A stretch of DNA of 35,199 nucleotides from an uncultured virus (IMG/VR IMGVR_UViG_2061766007_000148) (IMGVR_UViG_2061766007_000148), one strand, 5' to 3'; counted from the first letter of the stretch, positions 9,608 through 18,340 are shown. Notes: generated by a model from the letters alone, not told the origin. Numbers and translations: made by a program.

Positions 9608-10138
9608 TTAATCCGCCTCCCCGGATATTATGTTAAATATTTTGTTAAAATCCGATAATTTCAGTTCATGTATCTCAAAATCCTTTTTGAGTGTGTCTTT
9701 GTGTCTGAAGGTTGTTACGTAGTATGGGACAATTTCATTAATCCCGTCCCGATACAACACGGATGCCGCAACACCGGCAATTCTCCAACTCTGATATCCT
9801 GTGGATAAATTTACATAGATTGTATCCGTTCGGTGATTGCAAAATATCTTGAGATATTCATTCAATATCGGTTTCATATCGTCAATGTAAGGAGTTACGC
9901 AGACGTTTATTTTCGTTCTTTTTTTGCTGTGCTCGCGTATGTGTGAAGATATGTTGATTGCCGGGGTTGACGGGTAATCTTTGTCGGTCAGGATATACAC
10001 GATATCCGCATCCATACGTACCGGGGGGATGCCTGCTCTTAAAGTATCATCATATGACATCATATCGTTAACGGATAAGATATGAACTTTTTTGGTCTTT
10101 TGAGATGTCTTTTTTGAGTTAAGATTTTTTTCTGTCAT
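9608..10138 (-). CDS. Stand-alone CARF-like (DUF6293) domain protein
   Basis: KVHI, ADIVYIL, IYVNLSTG...AGVAAS, PYYV; no wHTH. Confidence 0.75.
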   Translation of the reverse strand: MTEKNLNSKKTSQKTKKVHILSVNDMMSYDDTLRAGIPPVRMDADIVYILTDKDYPSTPAINISSHIREHSKKRTKINVCVTPYIDDMKPILNEYLKIFCNHRTDTIYVNLSTGYQSWRIAGVAASVLYRDGINEIVPYYVTTFRHKDTLKKDFEIHELKLSDFNKIFNIISGEAD

Positions 10139-10414
10139 TTACTCCTCCGTGTAATCGCCATCTTCGGAAATATCTAAATTGATAATCCCATTATTGTCCT
10201 CTTTTTCCAAACTGTTCAGGATATCTACTTTTTCAAGAATCTGTTTGTATCGGTCACACTTTATTGCCAGAATCAGTCCGTGTGTTGCGGCACGGCTCAC
10301 ATTTATGCCTCGCGCTCTTGCCTCGGTGATAATATCGACGGGGACATACACGGTTACAAGTTGTTTTTTCGGCTTTGTCGCGGTTGGTTCTTCTGTTATG
10401 TTTTCATCCGTCAT
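10139..10414 (-). CDS. Ribbon-helix-helix (CcdA-like) protein
   Basis: VTVYVPVDIITEARARGINVSRAA; AGGTGA RBS. Confidence 0.8.
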   Translation of the reverse strand: MTDENITEEPTATKPKKQLVTVYVPVDIITEARARGINVSRAATHGLILAIKCDRYKQILEKVDILNSLEKEDNNGIINLDISEDGDYTEE

Positions 10415-10418
10415 GGTA

Positions 10419-11273
10419 TCACCTGTCTGACCCGTCATCCCCGGCATTCAACAGGGCGTCAGCCTCGTCAATCAGATTGCCGTAATAATTACATCCCCCG
10501 AATTCCGACCAATATGTTACGAGTTCTTCAAGCGAGTCTCCGTGTTTTGCGGCATTCAGGACTTCACACGGAATCCTGAACTCTATTTTGTCGCTCTTAG
10601 TGTCCTCATCCGTGATACGTGCATTTTTCGGGATGTTTTCGGGGGTCAGCTTTGCAAGCGCGGTATCTCCCATGTCGTATATGTATAGAAGATTCTTGAT
10701 TGCATCATCCGCAGTTGTTCCGGCAAATTTGCCGCGATATATCGAAAAGCGCATGTTCGGGTATTTGTTCGCAAATTTCTCCGTGAGTTTGTCAAATTCT
10801 TCTCTCAGCGCCGAATCGTCCGGGTTATCTGCATACAGGCTGAAATAATTGTAATATGAATGGAATTTTTTAAATTTGTTCCGTACGTTGAGTTCATTCA
10901 CAATTTCATGGACTTGCCGACTGTAATTAATATATTCATTCCCGTCTGACTCATCCCATTTTGTATTCCCGACAGATTCTTCAAGCGTAAAGTTGTGCAA
11001 CATCGCCGAATATATGTATGCCGGGTCTAAGTAGAAGAGATACATGTCACGCTCTCCCGTAGTATAGTCTTTATCAAATGATTCACTTTCATCGTAATCG
11101 GACGGGTCTAATGAGATGGACATGTATTTCCTTGCGGCATCTTTCAGGGCATCGCGGAATGTGAAACCCAATCCGGCAAATGAACTGCCGTAATACCAAT
11201 CTCCCCCCGTGTTCACGACGGCGCATATGTCGGAATCTTCGGGGATAAGGTATTGGTATTCTTCGTAAGACAT
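10419..11273 (-). CDS. Acidic hypothetical protein with HicB-like motifs
   Basis: GLGFTFRDALKDA and AGTTADDAIKNL; start coupled (TAATG) to the upstream stop. Confidence 0.75.
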   Translation of the reverse strand: MSYEEYQYLIPEDSDICAVVNTGGDWYYGSSFAGLGFTFRDALKDAARKYMSISLDPSDYDESESFDKDYTTGERDMYLFYLDPAYIYSAMLHNFTLEESVGNTKWDESDGNEYINYSRQVHEIVNELNVRNKFKKFHSYYNYFSLYADNPDDSALREEFDKLTEKFANKYPNMRFSIYRGKFAGTTADDAIKNLLYIYDMGDTALAKLTPENIPKNARITDEDTKSDKIEFRIPCEVLNAAKHGDSLEELVTYWSEFGGCNYYGNLIDEADALLNAGDDGSDR

Positions 11274-11980
11274 TAGCAATCCCCCTTGGATTCGGTTGCG
11301 GCAGAGTAATCTTTTGTATATTCTCTCCAGATGTCCGTGATTTTGTTCCAATCCGTATAGTATTTGCCCTCTAAATCGGTATATGCGTCCAAAAGTTTCA
11401 TGTAGAGCTCTTCGGGGATTTTGACGATTATCAGTTCATCTTTTATCTTTTCAACATCCTCAAATTTAGGATTATAAAGGATTTTGTAATCCGAGATGTT
11501 TGTTGAAAAGTTTGGGCGCCCTCCTTCCCACTCGCGCTCGTAGAAATCGCTCATGGTTCTGTGGAAGACCTCTTTTGCCGTTTCACCGAAATAGTGTATG
11601 TATGTGTTGTAGACCGTTATGTATGTGCGCGGTCGGTATTCATACATAATTTCATCGCGAATGTTGATTCTGTATTCATTGTCGGTAAGCTCAGAATTTA
11701 TAAACTGTAATTCCTGATTGATTTTGCACATATGTTTGAGAAGTGCGGCTTTGTCAATCTGCGGAAATGAGGATGAATTGTATTTCATAACGTCGGTGAG
11801 AAGGTTTTTCAGGTTTTCTCCGAAGTCCTCAAGCTCATTATTTATCTCGCGGTTCAGTCTGCGGATACCGTCGTTTAAAGCGTTGTCATCCGTATCTTCA
11901 CTAAATATGAATTCCCGGACGAGTATCTTATCCGCCGAAATTTCACAGCGGTGCGTGTAGTCTTTGTCTGCAAAGTTCAT
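11273..11980 (-). CDS. Acidic hypothetical protein, paralog of 17529..18284
   Basis: NELED...LKNLL, IVKIPEELY and IWREY shared. Confidence 0.8.
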   Translation of the reverse strand: MNFADKDYTHRCEISADKILVREFIFSEDTDDNALNDGIRRLNREINNELEDFGENLKNLLTDVMKYNSSSFPQIDKAALLKHMCKINQELQFINSELTDNEYRINIRDEIMYEYRPRTYITVYNTYIHYFGETAKEVFHRTMSDFYEREWEGGRPNFSTNISDYKILYNPKFEDVEKIKDELIIVKIPEELYMKLLDAYTDLEGKYYTDWNKITDIWREYTKDYSAATESKGDC

Positions 11981-12014
11981 TTTGTTTCACCTGTTGTATC
12001 CATATTTCCTTATT

Positions 12015-12224
12015 TTATCCCCTTATCCCAAGACTAAACCATAATGCGAATGTTGCCGTGACAATCACTCCAGCAACCAAGGCTTCACAAAACAATATGC
12101 CGGACTTCACACCTGACGGGAATAAGTAATCCAATCCGTAAGTTATGAGCATTGTTGGGATTCCGACGAATATAAAAAAGAATCCCATTTCAAATATCCC
12201 GAATACATCCTCGGCATCACCCAT
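12015..12224 (-). CDS. Small two-TM membrane protein
   Basis: Two hydrophobic segments; GGAGGTGA RBS before 12224. Confidence 0.7.
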   Translation of the reverse strand: MGDAEDVFGIFEMGFFFIFVGIPTMLITYGLDYLFPSGVKSGILFCEALVAGVIVTATFALWFSLGIRG

Positions 12225-12225
12225 T

Positions 12226-12432
12226 TCAGTCACCTCCAATCGGGGGAAGAGACCCTAATGTGAGGACTCCCGATAGTAATGCGGCGGTAATCACGGCTGC
12301 GGATAACGGGATCTCCGGTTCGTGCGGGAAGAATAAATTTGACCCATATACTACGAGACTCATCCCGATTCCCGTAACTATGAGATATAATACATATATT
12401 CCAATAATTGATTTCAGGTCAGTGAAATTCAT
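12226..12432 (-). CDS. Small two-TM membrane protein, probable paralog of 12015
   Basis: GI.M.L..YG...LF(F)P pattern shared. Confidence 0.7.
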   Translation of the reverse strand: MNFTDLKSIIGIYVLYLIVTGIGMSLVVYGSNLFFPHEPEIPLSAAVITAALLSGVLTLGSLPPIGGD

Positions 12433-12471
12433 GATATCATCTCTTTGGTTTGCAATCTGTCTGACTGTCTG

Positions 12472-12642
12472 TCAGTCATTCCTCTCAGTTGGATTTGTGT
12501 CCTCCACAATATCCAAGGTGTTCTCCAATTCGTAAGATATCTCACATATCAAAATATCTTGGAATACGGTAGGTACCTCATAGAGAGCAAGTATTTGCTC
12601 TTCTATGATTCGGCAAATTGTGTCAAATTCCGATCTTTTCAT
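12472..12642 (-). CDS. 56-aa acidic protein (MKRSEFDTICRIIEEQ...)
   Basis: ATGA overlap with the upstream stop, GGAGG RBS, fills an operon gap; not in the ORF track. Confidence 0.6.
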   Translation of the reverse strand: MKRSEFDTICRIIEEQILALYEVPTVFQDILICEISYELENTLDIVEDTNPTERND

Positions 12643-13115
12643 AGTGCATCCTCCGCGTGCATTCTTTCTTCTTCGTCTTCTTCTTCGTAATCAATAATTT
12701 TTTCAAGGAAAATTTTGTAGCTGTAATTCAGATCAGACATCTCGATTGCGGAGTATCCGTAATATGATGAGTTGCTGAGCCATTCGTAAAAGTCGTCGTC
12801 GATTTTGAGGAAATAATATCCGGTCGTGTTGTCGAGAACCGACATGTCATCGTATGTGTCAAGCATTCCGCATTCAAAATCCGGGGCATCGTACAGCCAT
12901 TGTACATCCAAAAATGTGTCGTTTTTTATCATGTAGTCATATGCCTCTTTGCGTGTGTCGCCCTGCCCCAAGACCACATATCCGATTGGATTTTCTCCAT
13001 CATCCAACCGATAGGGTTTTTCGAGACGTTCACGCGATACTATGCCGACATCACTTTCCGTATAGATTACATGCGGCGTATTGACCTTATCATATCCGTA
13101 GACTAAGATGTACAT
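12639..13115 (-). CDS. Acidic hypothetical protein
   Basis: GQGDTRKEA HicB-like motif; D/E-rich. Confidence 0.75.
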   Translation of the reverse strand: MYILVYGYDKVNTPHVIYTESDVGIVSRERLEKPYRLDDGENPIGYVVLGQGDTRKEAYDYMIKNDTFLDVQWLYDAPDFECGMLDTYDDMSVLDNTTGYYFLKIDDDFYEWLSNSSYYGYSAIEMSDLNYSYKIFLEKIIDYEEEDEEERMHAEDAL

Positions 13116-13116
13116 T

Positions 13117-13362
13117 TTAATTCTCCCTGATGTGTATGTCTATAACCTCATCCATGTGTGCGTTAAAGAACACTTTGACTCCGTTAACCTCGTCTTTGGT
13201 GATTTCTTTGGTTAAATATGACTGTCGGAGTTCTTTGTTAATTTCTTCGGACAGTTGAGAAATGTCCCAAAAAAGATAATATCCGTGATTGTCGTTGTCA
13301 CGGATATCTTCAAAACCATCCTCAATCTTTTTGATTATTTTTTGAGTTTCTTCGGCTGTCAT
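13117..13362 (-). CDS. Small acidic protein, paralog of 13363
   Basis: LFWDI, ELRQSY and FFNxHM shared. Confidence 0.8.
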   Translation of the reverse strand: MTAEETQKIIKKIEDGFEDIRDNDNHGYYLFWDISQLSEEINKELRQSYLTKEITKDEVNGVKVFFNAHMDEVIDIHIREN

Positions 13363-13611
13363 TTAATTTCCCTCCTTCAGGTGTATATTCGCAACCTTTT
13401 CCATGTGCGTATTAAAGAACTCCTTGAGACCGTCAAATTCGGCTCTGGTGAGTCTGTTTGCCGTGTATGATTGGCGGAGTTCTGAGAAGATTAAATCCGC
13501 GATAATGTGGATGTCCCAGAACAGCGCACTGCCGTTGTTGCCGTTGTCGGTAACCGCATCGAATTCATCCGATATTCTTTCAGTAAGTCTGTTTACTTCT
13601 TCTTCGGTCAT
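13363..13611 (-). CDS. Small acidic protein, paralog of 13117
   Basis: Same shared motifs; GGAGG RBS. Confidence 0.8.
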   Translation of the reverse strand: MTEEEVNRLTERISDEFDAVTDNGNNGSALFWDIHIIADLIFSELRQSYTANRLTRAEFDGLKEFFNTHMEKVANIHLKEGN

Positions 13612-13613
13612 TT

Positions 13614-13907
13614 TTATGCCTCCGGGTTCCCTTTGTGGGATGACAGTTTGTATTTTTTGCAGTCATATATGCGGTATTCAACGTCGTTGCCGCTTAACAG
13701 CGATAAGCGCATAACCTCATAGTGTGCGATTACATAATGATGGTTCAGACGGTCAAGACCGTCTGCGGGAAATGCGAACCTGTTAAACCAGATATCGCGG
13801 AATGCGTAGTCTTTGTCAAGATTGGAAATGTCTTTGCTGTTTATGTCAATGTATTGTTCGTGCAGTTTTTCGATAAGTTTCTGAGCTTTGATTTCATCGG
13901 ATACCAT
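13614..13907 (-). CDS. Hypothetical protein
   Basis: AGGAGG RBS, operon position. Confidence 0.7.
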   Translation of the reverse strand: MVSDEIKAQKLIEKLHEQYIDINSKDISNLDKDYAFRDIWFNRFAFPADGLDRLNHHYVIAHYEVMRLSLLSGNDVEYRIYDCKKYKLSSHKGNPEA

Positions 13908-13934
13908 TTTACTGCCCTCCTGAAAAATGAGGAT

Positions 13935-14483
13935 TTATTCCTCATCTCCGAAAACATTCTCAACACGCCAATAATCGTCGGTCTCGCTCTTGGCGTGCAT
14001 TCCGTCATACGTGTAATACAGATAATTCCCTTTTTTGTCACCAGCATAAACAAATTCGGAAACATTTTGGTATTCGTCGATATCCGCGCAAGGGATGAAA
14101 TCCCATATGCGCTCAGGGTCTTCAGACCATCCGCAGATACATGCCTGTATTGATAACGGCTCAAATCTGGAGGACGAATGGCGCGCGTATTCGTCGAAGT
14201 CATTTTGAATGTCTTCGGGAACGATTGTGTATGTTCCGTCATCCTCATCGATAAGATCCTGAATATGTGATACGGCACCGTCACGGATTACCTCGAAGTT
14301 CGCGATGGCTGCTTTCAAATCCGTGATGTCCTCACAATCCCATTCCGCAACACGATCTAACAGAATTTGTCTCATTACGCAAAGGCTGTTGATTATATCA
14401 TAGTAATCTTCACGCGGGTTATTTTTGTTGAGCTCTATAAATGAATTCAGGTATTCGTTAATATAGTAGATTTTCTTGGTCAT
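13935..14483 (-). CDS. Acidic hypothetical protein
   Basis: AGGAG RBS; 182 aa. Confidence 0.75.
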   Translation of the reverse strand: MTKKIYYINEYLNSFIELNKNNPREDYYDIINSLCVMRQILLDRVAEWDCEDITDLKAAIANFEVIRDGAVSHIQDLIDEDDGTYTIVPEDIQNDFDEYARHSSSRFEPLSIQACICGWSEDPERIWDFIPCADIDEYQNVSEFVYAGDKKGNYLYYTYDGMHAKSETDDYWRVENVFGDEE

Positions 14484-14511
14484 TTTTTACATCTCCTGAA
14501 AAATTAGGGAG

Positions 14512-14724
14512 TTATCCTTCGATAACTCCGTAGAGGTCATCCGCATAGTACTCACAGACAAAAGGATTGAATATCGCCGTGCATTTCTTGCCATTGTATT
14601 CGACGATGTAATACGGCTGTCTGGGGTTGTCAATCCTCTCGATTATTGTGATTTTGTCCATCTTTCCTTCCAATGAGTTTATGTGGGCTGTTGTTTCTAT
14701 ATTCAGTTTTGTCATGGTTTCCAT
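14512..14724 (-). CDS. Small phage-type hypothetical protein (start may be 14715)
   Basis: YNGKKCTAIFNPF...YYADD; AGGAG RBS. Confidence 0.75.
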   Translation of the reverse strand: METMTKLNIETTAHINSLEGKMDKITIIERIDNPRQPYYIVEYNGKKCTAIFNPFVCEYYADDLYGVIEG

Positions 14725-14748
14725 CTCCTAAAATTTTGTATTTTTTGT

Positions 14749-15030
14749 TCAGTCTCTTATTGCGGAAACCAAACAAATCAGCAAATAGTTGTTATAGTAT
14801 ATCGAGTCCTGAACATTGAGGAATTCACTGGACGTGAAATCCGGTTCCAATCCGTCAGAGTAGTCCTTACTCAATGCACTACTTAAAGTACTGAATTTCT
14901 CAAAATATTCTCTGATAAATTTGTATTTTTCCGCATCGGTCATCTGTCCGGGGAGTTTTGCAATAAATTCGGCTCTCAGCGAGTCTATTTCATCCACATA
15001 GTGTTTTGCGGTCTTGCTCATTTCTGTCAT
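14749..15030 (-). CDS. Hypothetical protein, first gene of a leftward operon
   Basis: AGGAG RBS before ATG 15030. Confidence 0.7.
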   Translation of the reverse strand: MTEMSKTAKHYVDEIDSLRAEFIAKLPGQMTDAEKYKFIREYFEKFSTLSSALSKDYSDGLEPDFTSSEFLNVQDSIYYNNYLLICLVSAIRD

Positions 15031-15057
15031 CTTTGTAACTCCTGTGCATTTGCACAA
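15028..15057 (-). promoter_or_regulatory. Leader with TGTGC-n-GCACA palindrome + RBS (copy 1)
   Basis: Near-identical to 18282-18308. Confidence 0.65.
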
Positions 15058-15243
15058 TAGATTATACTCACTAATATTATTTAATATTATTTAATTTTGA
15101 ATAGAGTTGTATGGCAGTATGTGGGTTATGTCGCATACGTAGGGCAAGTCAGGTTCGGATATAATGTAAATTTGTGTGCGATTTTGGAAAACAGAATGTG
15201 GTTTGTAAAAAAATAGTGAGATTATTAAAAAATAATTAAAGTT

Positions 15244-15600
15244 TTAATTCTCATTCTGTCCGGGATTGCGCATGAAATACCCGTTGCAGAGTCGGGTATA
15301 TCCGTATGCCGTCCTGTTCAGGTGGTTGTCAAGGGTAATGAGCTGATTAATCGAGATCGTGTTGCGGTTGCGCGCCGCGGTCAGTCGGTCGGAGAGTGCG
15401 CAGATATCTTGAGCAATGCGGCAAAGCTCCTCGCGTGAGACAACCCCATCCGATTTTGAGGTATTGTCACATGTTGAGATGTCGTAACTGACGCGGTTGA
15501 TGCCGCGCACAAGGTTCACATACGATAAGTCGTCCGAAAGGATGTTGTCCCCGGATAATTGCGGGTGCGGTTCTATGTCGGAATCTAATTGAGTGTTCAT
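15244..15600 (-). CDS. Hypothetical protein
   Basis: 118-aa ORF, no clear RBS. Confidence 0.55.
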   Translation of the reverse strand: MNTQLDSDIEPHPQLSGDNILSDDLSYVNLVRGINRVSYDISTCDNTSKSDGVVSREELCRIAQDICALSDRLTAARNRNTISINQLITLDNHLNRTAYGYTRLCNGYFMRNPGQNEN

Positions 15601-15753
15601 TTACGGTTGATGTGTCGTATTTGCGGATAAATATTGCTGTTGGGGATTTCGGCAAATAATTTAAAAAGGATGAATGCATACATATATATGATCAATACAA
15701 ATGTATCATCCGTCGGGACATGGGAAATCCCGATGTTGTATTGAGTAATTCCT

Positions 15754-15952
15754 GTGCTCCCCATGTTCATGGGGATGAACCGGCATTGGGAGTTTGAAAA
15801 GAGTTTACAGACGAGATTACAAATCTGCTCAATTCAGCTTCACGGATAATGTTTCCGGTTACAACGTTCCCCATGTTCATGGGGATGAACCTGCATTCAG
15901 ATTGTGAACTGTCGCGGTTCAATGATGTTCCCCATTTTATGGGGATTCACTC
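15754..15952 (+). CRISPR. Mini CRISPR array, type I-E-like repeats (3 repeats, 2 spacers), no cas genes in window
   Basis: GTGCTCCCCATGTTCATGGGGATGAACCG (15754-15782), ACGTTCCCCATGTTCATGGGGATGAACCT (15864-15892), degenerate ATGTTCCCCATTTTATGGGGATTCACTC (15925-15952); spacers of 81 and 32 bp. Confidence 0.85.
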
Positions 15953-15974
15953 ATTTTAACAGGATTAAATGATA

Positions 15975-16313
15975 TCAGCGGGGTGGGGTAATCGAAACTC
16001 CGTCGGGGATTTCGGAAATTGCCCTAAATTTTTCAAGTCCTTCGGTTAACTCCTCTACTTCATCATCAAGTTTATACCACGTATAGTCCTTTTCATACTG
16101 TTTCAGGCTGTAATCCAAATCATAGAGCACACCTGCCAAATCCCTCGAATACGGGCTGACATACCAATAATAATGATATCCTAATTTTATCCCGCACCTC
16201 TGCAACATATACACAATTGTTTGATAGTATATCTTGTCAGCTTTGGTTTCGTAGTTAAAGTCAATATCCAACTTTTTAAGGAGGAGATATATGATAATTG
16301 ATTCCGGTTTCAT
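15975..16313 (-). CDS. YwgA/DUF4065(Panacea)-like protein, possibly C-terminally truncated
   Basis: YQTIVYMLQ..GIKLGYHYYWYVSPYSRDLA resembles the QKLxY...GPYS signature. Confidence 0.6.
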   Translation of the reverse strand: MKPESIIIYLLLKKLDIDFNYETKADKIYYQTIVYMLQRCGIKLGYHYYWYVSPYSRDLAGVLYDLDYSLKQYEKDYTWYKLDDEVEELTEGLEKFRAISEIPDGVSITPPR

Positions 16314-16336
16314 GGATTGTTATCTCCTGTATTATG

Positions 16337-16957
16337 TCATTCTATCAGTATGCCGACCAATGGATCGGGATATTCCGCGGACTGGTGAGCGTCTACCCGA
16401 ATTTCATATTCTAAGGTTCTTCTGAACCTGTATTTTTTGCCGGATTCAAATGACATATACATATAATATTGAACGTTATCGGAGTATGAGAGATCCCCGT
16501 CATTTGCGATTCTGTAATCCGTGTATGAATCGGGGTTGTCGGGGAATTCGATTTCGGGGTGATTGGCTCTTGCCATCCGCAAGGCATCGCCGAATGTTTC
16601 ACCCCATCCGCAGACATCCCGGTTATACCTGAAAATCATTACATATGACCATTCGTGTGTTGCTTTCAGATGCTCTTTGTGTGTTTCGAGTTCTTTCAGG
16701 TATTGTGTTTTGGATATGTAATATACCCTAATGTCGGGTCTGCGCGCTTTAATAATCGCGTTCAGGGCGTCTTCCGGTGTGACTCCCGCTCTTTGTGCGA
16801 TACGATGTCCGCCCCATTCCAGAGTGCTTACATAGAATCCGCTGTACTGCGCATAATCATCTAAAACCATTACGGTTGAGTCATTCATCCAGTTTGTTAA
16901 TGCGTCCTTGGCATCGGGGTTTGGTGCGATGTAGTTATCATCTGTATTTTCGGTCAT
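16337..16957 (-). CDS. Hypothetical protein with two HicB-like motifs
   Basis: AGVTPEDALNAI and GWGETFGDALRMA. Confidence 0.75.
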   Translation of the reverse strand: MTENTDDNYIAPNPDAKDALTNWMNDSTVMVLDDYAQYSGFYVSTLEWGGHRIAQRAGVTPEDALNAIIKARRPDIRVYYISKTQYLKELETHKEHLKATHEWSYVMIFRYNRDVCGWGETFGDALRMARANHPEIEFPDNPDSYTDYRIANDGDLSYSDNVQYYMYMSFESGKKYRFRRTLEYEIRVDAHQSAEYPDPLVGILIE

Positions 16958-16993
16958 ATTCTGTCTCCTGTGATTTCTTTAGGTGTGTGTTGC

Positions 16994-17170
16994 TTAATCG
17001 GTTTCTTCGGGGAACATTTCTCTCATCTTTTCCTCACGTTCTACCGCGTTTTTTATGCCGTCGGATGCGGCTTTGCTTATGTTGATTCCGTATTCTCGCG
17101 CTTTCGTAAGTAATTCCGTTGATACATACGCGGTGATTATCTTTTTTTCTTCGGCGGATTTCTGTCTCAT
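16994..17170 (-). CDS. 58-aa RHH (CcdA-like) protein, paralog of 10139
   Basis: MRQKSAEEKKIITAYVSTELLTKAREYGINISKAASDGI...; ATGA overlap; not in the ORF track. Confidence 0.8.
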   Translation of the reverse strand: MRQKSAEEKKIITAYVSTELLTKAREYGINISKAASDGIKNAVEREEKMREMFPEETD

Positions 17171-17529
17171 AGGTCATTCTCTGAATCGTCGTTGTACAAC
17201 TCTTCGGATATGTGCGCGGTTTCGTTCATTTTTCTCAGCTCTGATATAATCCGGTTGAACTCATCTTCTGCCCCTTCATCTTTCGGATTAATATCCGTGA
17301 GTCTGTCCCATGCATGACGTAAGCAGATATCTATCTTATCATCCTCGGCGGTTCCGACACCTCTGATATACTGAACTCTTATTTCATGTCGGTAACGGTC
17401 TATAAGTGTTGCAAATTTGTCTAATTCATCCGAGATATTTTCAGTGTTATAGTCCGGGATACATAAGCAAAGGTTTTGGATAAAAATTTGGGTAGTCTGT
17501 GAGAAATTATCTCCTGAATTTTGTGTCAT
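17167..17529 (-). CDS. Acidic hypothetical protein
   Basis: Translationally coupled at both ends. Confidence 0.7.
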   Translation of the reverse strand: MTQNSGDNFSQTTQIFIQNLCLCIPDYNTENISDELDKFATLIDRYRHEIRVQYIRGVGTAEDDKIDICLRHAWDRLTDINPKDEGAEDEFNRIISELRKMNETAHISEELYNDDSENDL

Positions 17530-18284
17530 TATACCGTCTCCGTGAGGTTGTTCCTCTCATATTCTCTCCAGAGTTGATGGATGTTTACGCGGTTTGAGTT
17601 ATAACGATCCTCATAAAGTATGTCATATTTCAACCAATCCGTAATATATGCATTGTACACATCGTTAGGGATTTTTGCGACGATTAAACAGACTTCATTC
17701 TCAAATGATGAGTATTTTAAATCGGTATATATCGGAAATGTGAGTGTTTCTCCGTGGCGTTTTGCAACAATTTCCAAGTCCGAGACTTTGATTATCTTAC
17801 CATGGGGATCATATGTTTGGATATACTTTTCAACCAGTTCTTTCGGGTCATTCCCTCCCCTTAACGTCACGATGCCCGCTTTTGCGTCCGAGTCCGCGGG
17901 AACAGGTCTGAAAAATATATACCGTGCGGAATATATTTCAGAGATATCAGATACAAATTTATGATATCTCATATCGGGATGAAGGTAATGCGCTCCCAAT
18001 TCATGAGATCCTTCACGAACCGCGGCAAAAATCTCACATAGTGTCCAGATAAATCTGACACGTTCACGCACCGCGTTTTGTGAAGTATCTGTATGATTTT
18101 TTAGAAGGTTATCTAACTCATCCTCTAAATCAGATAATTCATGCTTTAATTCATGAATCGCACTCTGAAATTCTTCAATCAGTGTAACATTTTTATCATC
18201 ACAATTCGTCAGAGCATATGCAACGGCTTTTATCTGTGCTTCCTGCATCTGAGGTGATGGCAGATTTTCTGTAAGGTCTTTCAT
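17529..18284 (-). CDS. Hypothetical protein, paralog of 11273..11980
   Basis: HELSDLEDELDNLL, IVAKIPNDVY, LWREY. Confidence 0.8.
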   Translation of the reverse strand: MKDLTENLPSPQMQEAQIKAVAYALTNCDDKNVTLIEEFQSAIHELKHELSDLEDELDNLLKNHTDTSQNAVRERVRFIWTLCEIFAAVREGSHELGAHYLHPDMRYHKFVSDISEIYSARYIFFRPVPADSDAKAGIVTLRGGNDPKELVEKYIQTYDPHGKIIKVSDLEIVAKRHGETLTFPIYTDLKYSSFENEVCLIVAKIPNDVYNAYITDWLKYDILYEDRYNSNRVNIHQLWREYERNNLTETV

Positions 18285-18340
18285 TTTGTAACTCCTGTGC
18301 TTTGCACATATCCCTATATGATCGTCATATTATATAAAAT
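18282..18340 (-). promoter_or_regulatory. TATA box (TTTATATA) + palindromic leader (copy 2)
   Basis: TGTGCAAAGCACAGGAGTTACAAAATG on the minus strand. Confidence 0.65.

Noticed and set aside
11847..11856. 10-bp match to spacer 2 (TCGCGGTTCA)
   Set aside because: Too short to indicate self-targeting.
15642..16015. 11-bp direct repeat GGGGATTTCGG flanking the mini-array
   Set aside because: It is short and one copy lies inside a CDS; insufficient as a target-site duplication.
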